Origin: Candidatus Methanoperedens sp.
GTDB taxonomy: Archaea; Halobacteriota; Methanosarcinia; Methanosarcinales; Methanoperedenaceae
DNA: 32,000 nucleotides
Assembly: GCA_041494705.1 (NCBI GenBank)
Contig: JBGQBI010000001.1
Coordinates: 210,001-242,000, forward strand
Direction: 5' to 3'
Positions 1 to 8,198 of the stretch are shown piece by piece. Position 1 is the first letter of the stretch, and each line of letters opens with the position of its first letter. The position numbers were made by a program, and so were the translations under genes. A model generated the notes under the pieces. That model ran no database searches. It was not told where the DNA came from and saw only the letters and a list, made by a program, of their open reading frames with translations.

Positions 1-833
1 ACCTCACCGAGTGTCATATCCTCGCCGCCTGAGATATGTACCAGCACCCCGTATGTTCCCGAGATGTCAGAGACATCAAGGAGCGGCGTGGAAAGCGCCT
101 GTTCCATTGCCTTCTCAATGCGGTTTTCGCCTTCTGCCTCGCCTATGCCGATTGCGGATATGCCGCCCCGTTCCACAACGCTTCGCAGGTCTGAGTAGTC
201 AAGGTTCACAAGGCTTGCCTGCGTGATTGTTTCGGTTATGTTCCTGATAAAATTGCCAACAAATTCATTCGCTACCGCAAAACCTTCACGGAGCGGGAGA
301 GTGCCTGCAATGGCTCTCAGTCTTGAATTGTCTATAACTACCAGGGAATCGCATCTGTCAGCAAGAGCTTTTATGCCGAAAATCGCCTTCTTGCGCCTTA
401 AAACTTCATAGCCGAACGGGAGGGTAACACAACCTATCGTCAGAATCCCGGCTTCACGTATGGCCTCGGCGATTACAGGCGCCGCTCCTGTTCCCGAACC
501 TCCACCCATGCCTGCGATAATGAATACAAGGTTTGAATCCAAAAGTTCTTTTTTTATTTCGTTAAGGCTCTCCCGTGCAGCTTCAGTGCCTCGTTCTGCA
601 AAACCGCCGCAGCCCTTCCCCTGATAGGTTTGCTCACCAAGGAGTATTTTCACATCGGCTTTTACAACCATCAAATGCGTTGCATCAGTATCAGCCGCAA
701 TTATTTTACTTCCCACTATCTCTTTTTGCGCTATCCATGAAACGATATTGCATCCCGCACCGCCAAGACCGATTATTGCCACGGTGGGTTTTGCTGCGTT
801 TGCAAGTTCGGAAATTCGTGAATCGAGTGTCAT
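1..833 (-). CDS. ftsZ: Cell division GTPase FtsZ (tubulin/FtsZ family), N-terminal ~277 codons; C-terminus lies beyond the window start
   Basis: Minus-strand frame is open from the window edge to the ATG at 833-831. Translation reads MTLDSRISELANAAKPTVAIIGLGGAGCNIVSW...DSNLVFIIAGMGGGSGTGAAPVIAEAIREAGILTIGCVTLPFGYE, showing the GGAGxN and GGGxGTG tubulin-signature loops. Absent from the ORF track because it has no in-window stop. Confidence 0.85.
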   Translation of the reverse strand, partial: MTLDSRISELANAAKPTVAIIGLGGAGCNIVSWIAQKEIVGSKIIAADTDATHLMVVKADVKILLGEQTYQGKGCGGFAERGTEAARESLNEIKKELLDSNLVFIIAGMGGGSGTGAAPVIAEAIREAGILTIGCVTLPFGYEVLRRKKAIFGIKALADRCDSLVVIDNSRLRAIAGTLPLREGFAVANEFVGNFIRNITETITQASLVNLDYSDLRSVVERGGISAIGIGEAEGENRIEKAMEQALSTPLLDVSDISGTYGVLVHISGGEDMTLGE

Positions 834-961
834 TTATGTACCTCTTTTATATTTTTGTTACGAAGACCTACTTATATTATATCCTTCATAAGATTATATT
901 TATCTCACTAATCCGCCATCATAAGATATATAACCCTTATTCAATAAGATTGCCAGGAACA

Positions 962-2200
962 ATGAGCAAAATAATCCTCGACCCCAACATCAAATACCTC
1001 GAAGGCACGCAGCGCGTCTTTGACCCGGAAACAACGCTTGCCAACACCACAAAGCTTCTTCCTGAAATCGGGGTGACGCGCATTGCGAACATCACAGACC
1101 TTGACCGCGTGGGCATTCCGGTTTTCTCAGCTATCAGGCCGAGCGCTGCGGCGGGAGCAATATCCATATACTCAGGAAAGGGAGCAACCGAGACCAATGC
1201 GAGGATATCCGCAATCATGGAAAGTTTTGAGCGCTGCCTTGCGGAGCAGCCCGAGGTCAGCATCAACCTCGGCGGAATTGAGCTTGGAACCGAAAGAGTG
1301 GCAGATACATACGAATCGCTCAGCGAGAGCTATCCCACATTATATCCGGATGCTCTTCTTTTGCCCCAGCCTCTGGCTGAGTTCACGAGCCTTGAATGGG
1401 TCAAGGGGGATGACATAATGAACGATGTTGAAGTGTTCGTGCCGGAAAATGCAGTTTTTCACCCATACAACCCACAAAACGGAAACAAGCTTTTCAGAAG
1501 CAACACCAACGGGCTTGCATCAGGAAATACAATTGAGGAGGCGGTGCTCCACGGCTTGCTTGAAGTAGTAGAAAGGGACGCGCTCAGCATTGCGGAATTC
1601 ACACGCAATCCCGGCAGGGAAATCGTGCTTTCTGAGAGCGATGGGCTGAATTACGAATTGAAACGGAAAATGGAAGAAGCAGGAATCAAGGTCAAGGTCT
1701 GGCTGCTTGGCTCTGATGTGGATATTCCCACAGTCGTTACCGCGCTTGATGATACTGTCCTGAAAGACCCCGCTTTGCTGGTCATGGGAGCAGGTGCGCA
1801 TCTCTCGCCTGAGATAGCGGTAACACGGGCGCTCACCGAGGCAGCGCAGAGCCGTGTGGTCCAGATACATGGCGCGCGCGAGGATACGGACAGGGAGCAG
1901 GTGGTGCGGACATTCGGCTATGACCACATGAAAAAGATGAACAGCTACTGGTATGAGGAGCTGGAGCCCGTCCGGATGGATGATTTGAAAGACGGTTCAG
2001 GCGATACCCCGGCAGCCAACATTAAAACAGTGCTTGAGCGCCTTGATGGAATTGCAGATGGCGCTATTATCGTTAATCTTTCAAGGGGTGTGGAAATTCC
2101 GGTTGTCAGGGCAATTATTCCCATGTTTGAACTCTATACGCTTGACCGCGAGAGAAAGGGTGAGCGCATCAAGAAAAAGAAGAAGAGAGTGGCGCGATGA
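962..2200 (+). CDS. ycaO: YcaO-family ATP-dependent amide-activating enzyme (methanogenesis marker 1 type; McrA thioglycine-forming enzyme)
   Basis: Same frame as track ORF 575..2200, trimmed to the ATG at 962 because the upstream part is antisense to ftsZ and its promoter. Contains SGKGATETNARISAIMESFER, SNTNGLASGNTIEEAVLHGLLEVVERDA and a C-terminal PMFELYTLD region. A TfuA partner gene lies downstream. Confidence 0.9.
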   Translation: MSKIILDPNIKYLEGTQRVFDPETTLANTTKLLPEIGVTRIANITDLDRVGIPVFSAIRPSAAAGAISIYSGKGATETNARISAIMESFERCLAEQPEVSINLGGIELGTERVADTYESLSESYPTLYPDALLLPQPLAEFTSLEWVKGDDIMNDVEVFVPENAVFHPYNPQNGNKLFRSNTNGLASGNTIEEAVLHGLLEVVERDALSIAEFTRNPGREIVLSESDGLNYELKRKMEEAGIKVKVWLLGSDVDIPTVVTALDDTVLKDPALLVMGAGAHLSPEIAVTRALTEAAQSRVVQIHGAREDTDREQVVRTFGYDHMKKMNSYWYEELEPVRMDDLKDGSGDTPAANIKTVLERLDGIADGAIIVNLSRGVEIPVVRAIIPMFELYTLDRERKGERIKKKKKRVAR

Positions 2201-2400
2201 AAAACTTTACGAAAGTTTTTTCAAAAACCTTTGAGAAAGGTTTATCAAAAAGGTTTGAAACCTTTAGCAAAGACAACACGTATGCTTCCGCATACGTGGA
2301 CACGCCCTCCCGTTCGCAAAGCGTGTCGAAGACAGGCGTGACTCGGGAAGGGTATGCGAAGCATACCCTATACCGCATAAAGCGAGGTTTCGCTTTATGA
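2197..2400 (+). other. Hairpin-dense ~200-bp spacer between ycaO and tfuA that is also a 67-codon ORF with ATGA overlaps at both ends; nature unresolved (structured RNA, palindromic insertion or small basic protein)
   Basis: Seven short perfect inverted repeats tile the segment (coordinates in findings). The reading frame MKNFTKVFSK...RIKRGFAL is uninterrupted. Its ATG (2197-2199) overlaps the ycaO TGA (2198-2200), and its TGA (2398-2400) overlaps the tfuA ATG (2397-2399). Confidence 0.4.
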
Positions 2401-3041
2401 AGCCTGTGGTGTACACAGGCACGAGCATAAGCCACGACGAGGCAAGAAAGATACTGGATGCTGATTATCGCCCGCCCGTGAGGCGCCATGATATCAGGAG
2501 GCTTATGAAGTCGCCGCCAGATATAATAGGGATTATAGACGGGGTTTTCTTTGACAGCGCGGCAGTAGCGCACCGCGAAATAATCGAGGCGCTAAAAACT
2601 GGCATAACCGTTGTCGGCGGCGCAAGCATGGGCGCGCTACGGGCTTCTGAACTTGAGCCTTACGGGATGATAGGCGTGGGGAAGATATACGAGATGTACA
2701 AAAATGGGAACCTGGAATCTGATGATGAGGTTGCGGTGACCTTCGATGGTGAAACGCTGGAGCCGCTTTCAGTACCTCTTGTGAATGTCAGGATGACCGT
2801 TGAGCTTGGGCGGGAAATGGGTGTTTTTACAAAGGAACAGGCTTCTGCCATTGTGGATATTACCAGGAAAATATTCTATCCCGAGAGGAACTATTGGAAT
2901 ATTATCCACGAATGTGTGAAAAACGGGGTCATCGGGGATTCGGAGAAGAATATATTGCTTGAGTTTTTTAAATTGAATGAAGTGGATGTGAAGCGGCAGG
3001 ATGCGGTTCTTGTGCTTGAGAAGATAAAAGAATTGTCGTGA
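2397..3041 (+). CDS. tfuA: TfuA-like protein (YcaO partner for thioamide formation)
   Basis: Contains MKPVVYTGTSISHDEARKILDADYRPPVRRHDI...IIGIIDGVFFDSAAVAHREIIEALKTGITVVGGASMGALRASEL...ESDDEVAV, the typical TfuA core. Located downstream of ycaO. Confidence 0.88.
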   Translation: MKPVVYTGTSISHDEARKILDADYRPPVRRHDIRRLMKSPPDIIGIIDGVFFDSAAVAHREIIEALKTGITVVGGASMGALRASELEPYGMIGVGKIYEMYKNGNLESDDEVAVTFDGETLEPLSVPLVNVRMTVELGREMGVFTKEQASAIVDITRKIFYPERNYWNIIHECVKNGVIGDSEKNILLEFFKLNEVDVKRQDAVLVLEKIKELS

Positions 3042-3043
3042 AT

Positions 3044-4210
3044 ATGAACTATGATGTCATTGTTATCGGTGCAGGTCCGGCAGGCGCGATAGCAGCAAGA
3101 TATGCCGCCCTGAACGGCGCCAGCACCCTTCTGATAGAGGAACACGCAAGCATCGGCTCACCAGTCCAGTGCACAGGTCTCATAAGCACGGCGGCGCTCA
3201 ACGAATGCGAGATAGGGGAAGGAAGTTTTGTCCTGAATAAGATGAAGGGCGCTTTTGTGTATGCCCCGAACGGTGAAGAACTTATTGTGAGGGGAAAAAA
3301 TGTAAAAGCGTATGTCATAGACAGGAAAATCTTTGACAGGGTGCTTGTTGAGCGTTCACTGGATGAAGGGGCTGATATACTTTTAAAAACACGTTTCATT
3401 GGCATGGATAAGGGGAAAATCTCTGTGATATCTGATGGTGAGCGAAAGGAAATTCATGCCTCAGTTGTTATCGCGGCAGACGGGATACAAAGCAGCGTTG
3501 GCAGGGCAGCAGGATTGGGACGGTGTGAAAAATTTTTATCAGGAATCCAGTTTGAAGCCCCTTATGCAGCAAAAGATTCTGAATACGTGGAGATATTCAC
3601 AGGGAACGAAATCGCTCCGGGATTTTTTGCATGGGCAGTGCCATTTAACGGATTGGCGCGCATCGGTCTTGCCAAGAACCCGGGCGCTAACCCGCCCCTG
3701 CATTACCTTGGGGAATTGTTAAAACACCCGGTTTTAGCCTCAAGATACCGTGGGTCGCGCACCGAGCATGTGCTGGGGGGAATACCGCTCGGCCCGCCCG
3801 GGAAAACGACAGGAAATGGCGTGATGCTTGTCGGGGATGCGGCAGGGCAGGTTAAGCCTACGTCAGGCGGTGGTGTTTATATGGGCGCGGTATGCGCAAA
3901 GATTGCAGGCGAGGTTGCGGCAAAAGCTTCGCGAAAAGAGACAGTCTTGGATGAGTATGAAAAACGATGGCGCAGCGTTGTATATCGGGAACTTTCTATC
4001 GGGATGAGGATTCATAAAAGCTTTAGTAAATTGAGCGATGAAAACCTGAACGAATTTATTTCTTTCCTGAACAAACCCAAAATTAGAGAAATTATCACAG
4101 AATATGGCGACATGGACCATCCTTCCGTACTAATGAAGAAACTCATTCAAAGCGGGGATAAGAAGCAGCTTATTAAATTATTGGGAGTAGCTTTTAAAAC
4201 GCTTTTCTAG
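3044..4210 (+). CDS. FAD-dependent geranylgeranyl reductase family oxidoreductase (digeranylgeranylglycerophospholipid reductase-like)
   Basis: N-terminal Rossmann motif YDVIVIGAGPAGAIAARYAA, followed by VIAADG and LVGDAAGQVKPTSGGG motifs. ATG at 3044 preferred over the track's GTG at 3038, which overlaps the tfuA stop. Confidence 0.8.
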   Translation: MNYDVIVIGAGPAGAIAARYAALNGASTLLIEEHASIGSPVQCTGLISTAALNECEIGEGSFVLNKMKGAFVYAPNGEELIVRGKNVKAYVIDRKIFDRVLVERSLDEGADILLKTRFIGMDKGKISVISDGERKEIHASVVIAADGIQSSVGRAAGLGRCEKFLSGIQFEAPYAAKDSEYVEIFTGNEIAPGFFAWAVPFNGLARIGLAKNPGANPPLHYLGELLKHPVLASRYRGSRTEHVLGGIPLGPPGKTTGNGVMLVGDAAGQVKPTSGGGVYMGAVCAKIAGEVAAKASRKETVLDEYEKRWRSVVYRELSIGMRIHKSFSKLSDENLNEFISFLNKPKIREIITEYGDMDHPSVLMKKLIQSGDKKQLIKLLGVAFKTLF

Positions 4211-4288
4211 ATACTCATATCGAAAGCTTAATATGACATTGATTCTTAGGGGAATGAAAGCCAACAGAGGCAGATTAGGAGGATAAAA

Positions 4289-5086
4289 ATGACAGAAGGC
4301 CTTACAATACTCGGTAAAACGGTATTTGATACGCTCTTCATTGATTGGAGAATAATGGTTATTACGGCGATTATTTCCGTAATCCTGTTCCTTGCAGGAA
4401 TGTACATACAACTGGACAAATGGGGACGCGGAATCCCCGAAGGCGCAACAAAACCCATCGGCGCGTGGGGCGCCCTCAAATTAATATTCGGCAAAGTATT
4501 TGAGAAAGGCATTGGGGCGGCTCTTGGAATATTAATCCTGGACGTTCTGTTCCAGCGCAGGACATACAGGCGCAGGAAGCTTGAATGGTTCATGCACATT
4601 TTGATATTCTGGGGATGGATTGGGCTCTTGATTTTGACAATTGTTGCGGCAGCGGCTGAGTTTGCCGGTCCGTTCTTGTTAAATCAGAACTACACGTACT
4701 TTGTGGGTGTATGGAAATCCCTTGAACTGCCAAACAACATATTCGGATATATGATTGTTCTGGGCATAGTTATTGCAATAGCAAGAAGACTCTTCTCAAC
4801 TGGCAAAGATGTCCAGGCGCGAAACGCTGATGTTGACTGGATACTTATTATTGGTTTGTTAATTGTGGTTGTTACAGGATTTTATGCCCAGTACCTGCGC
4901 ACAGACGTTTATCAGGTAAGCAGGGAATTAGTCTCGGCATATCCAATGGGACTATTTGATAACTTCACTGTAATGTTCCACGAAATCTTCACACTGCTTT
5001 TCTGCGTGGCATACCTTCCGTACAGTAAATACTTCCACATGATAACCGCGCCCCTCACAATTCTTGTGAACCACGGAGGCGAGTAA
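4289..5086 (+). CDS. hdrE: Membrane b-type cytochrome subunit of heterodisulfide reductase (HdrE/NarI-like)
   Basis: About 5 predicted TM helices with conserved His in helices ([33 protein letters not shown]) and a LDKWGRG loop. Lies immediately upstream of an HdrD-type gene with a 2-nt gap. Confidence 0.7.
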   Translation: MTEGLTILGKTVFDTLFIDWRIMVITAIISVILFLAGMYIQLDKWGRGIPEGATKPIGAWGALKLIFGKVFEKGIGAALGILILDVLFQRRTYRRRKLEWFMHILIFWGWIGLLILTIVAAAAEFAGPFLLNQNYTYFVGVWKSLELPNNIFGYMIVLGIVIAIARRLFSTGKDVQARNADVDWILIIGLLIVVVTGFYAQYLRTDVYQVSRELVSAYPMGLFDNFTVMFHEIFTLLFCVAYLPYSKYFHMITAPLTILVNHGGE

Positions 5087-5088
5087 AA

Positions 5089-6471
5089 ATGGCAAAAGAG
5101 AAACCTTCAATAAACACAGTTAATTTCACAGCGTCGCAGTTAATGGAATTTGATGCTTGCACGCGATGCGGCGAATGTGTCAAGTACTGCCCGACATACG
5201 ATGCAAGGGATAAGAACCAGGATATTGAGCCAAGGGATAAGATTCTGCGGTGGCGCGACTTCATGAACAGGAGCTTTGGTCTCAAAGCGAGAATTTTCGG
5301 GCCGGATAAAATCCCACCTGAGGAAATAAAGAAGTACACGGATGACCTTTATAACTGTACAACATGCGGGATGTGCGGGACGGTTTGTCCGGCGGGTATT
5401 AATACCATTGAACTGTGGGAATCAACACGCGCGAACCTTGTCAAACACGGAACAGGTCCATACGGGAAACAGAGCCTTTTCCCCAAACTCATAGAAGAAG
5501 GGCATAACCCGTACATGAAGCAGCAAAAAGACCGACTTGCATGGATGACGCCGGATATCAAGATAGCGGATAAATCCGATATAGCGTATTTCATAGGATG
5601 CACCGCAGGGTATAACCAGCAGGTGCTGGGTGTCAGCACGGCAAGGATATTGAACAAACTGAACGTGCCGTTCATGGTTCTTGGAGAGGACGAATGGTGC
5701 TGCAGTTCGGCTCTTATAAGGACAGGACAGCAGCATATCAATGATACCCCGAAGAAAGCTGCAATCCATAACGTTGAAGCGTTGAAGGCAAAGGGTGCCA
5801 AGAGAGTTATATTTGCATGTGCAGGATGTTTCAGGGCAGCAAAAATTGACTGGCCTCGCGCATATGGAAAACCATTGCCATTTGAAGCCATCCACATGTC
5901 GCAGTTCCTTGCAGAGCAGGTTGAGGCTGGAAAGATAAAGTGGGAAAAGAGCCTGAACAAGACCGTTACTTATCATGACCCGTGCCACCTTGGAAGGCAT
6001 GTAGGTGTCTTCGAAGAACCCAGGAAGGTCATAAAGAGCATGCCGGGCATCAAACTCGTTGAAATGAAACGCAACCGCAAGGAACAGCGGTGCTGCGGCG
6101 CAGGCGGAGGCGTGAAGGCAGGCATTCCCGACCTTGCGCTGGGCGTGGCGAAGGCGCGTGTCACCGATGCAAAGGAAACAGGCGCAGAGGCATTGATAAG
6201 CACATGCCCGTTCTGCAGGCGCAACCTCCTTGATGGCAGGGATGACCTCAAACTGGATATGAGCGTGGATGACCTCGTGGTCCTGACCGCACATCTTATG
6301 GGTCTCTCCACTGATGTCAAGCAGCCCGCGCCAGGCGCTCCAAAGGAATCAATCAGCGACCTGTTCAGGACGCAGACCATTCCGCCCAAGCCGCCGGCTG
6401 AACCGAAGAAGGAAGAGCCAAAAGCTGCGGCGCCGAAGGCGGATGCGCCCAAAGCAGCTCCCAAGAAGTAG
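5089..6471 (+). CDS. hdrD: Heterodisulfide reductase subunit D (2x[4Fe-4S] plus two CCG domains) with an extra Pro/Ala/Lys/Glu-rich C-terminal tail
   Basis: Contains [12 protein letters not shown] and [12 protein letters not shown] ferredoxin motifs. CCG-domain cysteines are present (CAGCF; QRCCGAGGG; STCPFC). The tail reads [29 protein letters not shown]. Confidence 0.85.
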   Translation: MAKEKPSINTVNFTASQLMEFDACTRCGECVKYCPTYDARDKNQDIEPRDKILRWRDFMNRSFGLKARIFGPDKIPPEEIKKYTDDLYNCTTCGMCGTVCPAGINTIELWESTRANLVKHGTGPYGKQSLFPKLIEEGHNPYMKQQKDRLAWMTPDIKIADKSDIAYFIGCTAGYNQQVLGVSTARILNKLNVPFMVLGEDEWCCSSALIRTGQQHINDTPKKAAIHNVEALKAKGAKRVIFACAGCFRAAKIDWPRAYGKPLPFEAIHMSQFLAEQVEAGKIKWEKSLNKTVTYHDPCHLGRHVGVFEEPRKVIKSMPGIKLVEMKRNRKEQRCCGAGGGVKAGIPDLALGVAKARVTDAKETGAEALISTCPFCRRNLLDGRDDLKLDMSVDDLVVLTAHLMGLSTDVKQPAPGAPKESISDLFRTQTIPPKPPAEPKKEEPKAAAPKADAPKAAPKK

Positions 6472-6483
6472 GCCAGTGCCTAC

Positions 6484-6501
6484 TTTTTTTACCTTTTTTT
6501 T
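6484..6501 (+). terminator. Oligo-T tracts (T7 and T8), archaeal-type terminator after hdrD
   Basis: The sequence ctTTTTTTTaccTTTTTTTTaatg begins 13 nt after the hdrD stop. Confidence 0.5.
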
Positions 6502-6679
6502 AATGTATGGGATATTATAAACGTATTTTTCTCATCCCGCTGCTGAAATAAGTTAATTTTTGAACATCAGGTTACATATCAGGGTTGGGCGCCAGTATAC
6601 TCACCCGCCGGGGCTTTGATAGGGTTTATACCGTTAAATTCTTAATAATTAAAGATATTCAGAACAATAAGGAAAAACC

Positions 6680-7171
6680 TTGAATCTCACAGAACTTTTA
6701 TCAAACCACAGGGAAGCCTTCAGGCAGAAATTCATAGAAGCGCTTGCAAAAAAGAACTCACTTACGCCGGAGCAGACCGCGATTGAATTTAAAGATTTTA
6801 TCGAACAATATGTTGATGAAAAATATAAACATGCGAACCGGCTTGTCAACAGGATAAATGAGATTGAAAAACCCGTCTTTCTCAACATCAGGCGCGACAG
6901 GATGCGCGAGGACAGATGCAAGATATGCGAAGCCAACGAACCCAATGTCCATGCAATCGAAAAAAAATATGGCGGCAGGATTGAACTATTCGAGGTCATC
7001 GAAGACAGGCAGGAGGGGGCGCTTTACCAGATAATTTTTCATGAAGAGGCCGAAGAAAAGAAAATGCCCCTTACAGCAGTAATAAACAAAGGGAATATCC
7101 TGAAGTTCTGGGCTGGTAAAACCGTTGAAGCAGCCGTATATGAAATATATATTAACAAAAGTCTTGCATAA
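6680..7171 (+). CDS. Hypothetical protein; C-terminal half looks thioredoxin-fold-like with a single CKIC motif; apparent TTG start
   Basis: 163-codon ORF with aagga located 7 nt upstream of the TTG. The layout VFLNIRRD...CKICEANEP...IELFEVI...MPLTAVINKGNILKFWAGK resembles a Trx-like beta-alpha-beta arrangement. No family is recognised with certainty. Confidence 0.45.
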   Translation: MNLTELLSNHREAFRQKFIEALAKKNSLTPEQTAIEFKDFIEQYVDEKYKHANRLVNRINEIEKPVFLNIRRDRMREDRCKICEANEPNVHAIEKKYGGRIELFEVIEDRQEGALYQIIFHEEAEEKKMPLTAVINKGNILKFWAGKTVEAAVYEIYINKSLA

Positions 7172-7249
7172 TTCTTGCATAATAATACATAAGAAAACTT
7201 AATATAACAACAGGATTAAACGTGTACAACCACACGGAGGTGAAAATAT

Positions 7250-7414
7250 ATGTGCAGCGTAGGAGATGCCTTTAATATAGAGATACAGGCGCTTGATGTA
7301 AAATGGTACAAGTGCGGTGATTGCAAAAACGAGTTCAGGTGTGTGAGCGTAAAGACAAAACTTGAGTGCCCTTCATGCCATTCCAGCAATGTCAGCAAGC
7401 AGTATAAAGAATAA
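7250..7414 (+). CDS. Small zinc-ribbon protein (54 aa, two CxxC pairs)
   Basis: Below the track size cut-off. GGAGGTGA lies 6 nt upstream of the ATG at 7250. Translation: MCSVGDAFNIEIQALDVKWYKCGDCKNEFRCVSVKTKLECPSCHSSNVSKQYKE. Its stop TAA (7412-7414) overlaps the next ATG as TAATG. Confidence 0.6.
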   Translation: MCSVGDAFNIEIQALDVKWYKCGDCKNEFRCVSVKTKLECPSCHSSNVSKQYKE

Positions 7415-7875
7415 TGACCCCGCTAAATGAAAACGAAATGCTGCTTTTGCGCGGGAAAGAAGGGACGCTGGGCATAGTCAAGGCAGGAGAGAAAGGTCAG
7501 TTTTTCCTTGAAACTGAAACTGAGGAGATAATCCTGGCGCTATCTCCGGATGACCTGCTTGTGGCATCGGGTTTCGGGACTGATAAAACGATTATCAACG
7601 GTCTAAAATGCGTACTTTACATGATTCGTGAGGTGGGTTCACCGTTTATTGTTCTCCCAAAAAAGCATCCAGCGTCAAAACGCCTTAAGATAGTAGTTTC
7701 CGCAGGTGACAGGACGCGGATAAGCTGCAGCATTATCCCCGGGACGCACCCCGAACAGGATATATTGTGCGGAAGCTCCGAGTTTGACGGGATTGAAATT
7801 TCTGGAGTAAAAGGCGGGGTGGAGTTCAAGAATTTAAAAGGCAGGAAAGTAGAAAGGATTCCTTTTGAAATTTAA
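7414..7875 (+). CDS. Hypothetical protein (153 aa), translationally coupled to the zinc-ribbon gene
   Basis: Track ORF with a TAATG junction to the upstream gene. No family recognised. Confidence 0.55.
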   Translation: MTPLNENEMLLLRGKEGTLGIVKAGEKGQFFLETETEEIILALSPDDLLVASGFGTDKTIINGLKCVLYMIREVGSPFIVLPKKHPASKRLKIVVSAGDRTRISCSIIPGTHPEQDILCGSSEFDGIEISGVKGGVEFKNLKGRKVERIPFEI

Positions 7876-7877
7876 AA

Positions 7878-7948
7878 AACCACAGAGAGCACAGAGGACA
7901 CAGAGAAAAAACGAATAATTCTCTGTGCTCTCTGTGTCCTCCGTGGTT
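7878..7948. repeat. Modular hairpin H1: 3x CACAGAG (9-nt spacing), 11-nt A-rich loop, 3x CTCTGTG (9-nt spacing)
   Basis: Left-arm units at 7881-7887, 7890-7896 and 7899-7905. Right-arm units at 7921-7927, 7930-7936 and 7939-7945 (variant ctccgtg). The 30-nt arms are complementary at 25/30 positions. Starts 3 nt after the stop at 7875. Confidence 0.85.
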
Positions 7949-8096
7949 AATTATCTGACCGGGATTGATAATCCAGAATAAATAATATGTAATCAACTTA
8001 TCTATTCAATAGCGGGATAAGAAAATGCGTTTATAAATTCCTATGCGTTAAAAAACTTAAACATCGCAAAAGCGTCAATAAGCCAGACAGTGAGGA

Positions 8097-8168
8097 TGGA
8101 CCCGGCGGGATTCGAACCCGCGGCCTTTGCGTTGCGAACGCAACGATCTACCCCTGATCTACAGGCCC
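8097..8168 (-). tRNA. tRNA-Ala (anticodon CGC), no encoded CCA
   Basis: Reverse complement is GGGCCTGTAGATCAGGGGTAGATCGTTGCGTTCGCAACGCAAAGGCCGCGGGTTCGAATCCCGCCGGGTCCA, which folds into a cloverleaf. Acceptor is GGGCCTG/CGGGTCC with the G3:U70 alanine identity pair. D stem is GATC/GATC, the anticodon stem TTGCG/CGCAA has loop TTCGCAA, and the T arm is GCGGG-TTCGAAT-CCCGC. Confidence 0.92.
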
Positions 8169-8198
8169 TTTAATAAAAGGGAAAAAATGATTTAATAT

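Noticed and set aside
887-950. Repeated CATAAGAT (887-894, 920-927) and AATAAGAT (943-950) in the ftsZ/ycaO intergenic region
   Set aside because: Each copy is followed by a TATAT-type stretch. They are most simply the TATA/BRE regions of the two divergent promoters. They are too short and AT-rich to claim a specific operator.
575-961. N-terminal 129 codons of track ORF 575..2200, which would make a 541-aa YcaO
   Set aside because: This part is antisense to the well-supported ftsZ coding region and crosses the AT-rich divergent promoter. The translation is low-complexity nonsense. The YcaO homology begins at the ATG at 962.
2169-2573. 134-aa minus-strand ORF spanning the ycaO-tfuA spacer and the tfuA 5' end
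   Set aside because: Antisense to the confidently called tfuA gene. It is open largely because the spacer is palindromic. There is no start context or recognisable domain.
5422-6294. 290-aa and 203-aa minus-strand ORFs inside hdrD
   Set aside because: These are shadow ORFs antisense to a gene with unmistakable HdrD motifs. The translations are Cys/Arg-rich nonsense.
8169-8198. Possible dedicated promoter for tRNA-Ala in the 30 bp between the aEF-1beta stop and the tRNA
   Set aside because: The only TATA-like string (tttattaaa on the minus strand) abuts the tRNA 5' end, too close for an archaeal promoter. Co-transcription with the Zn-finger/aEF-1beta genes is the simpler reading and cannot be resolved from sequence alone.
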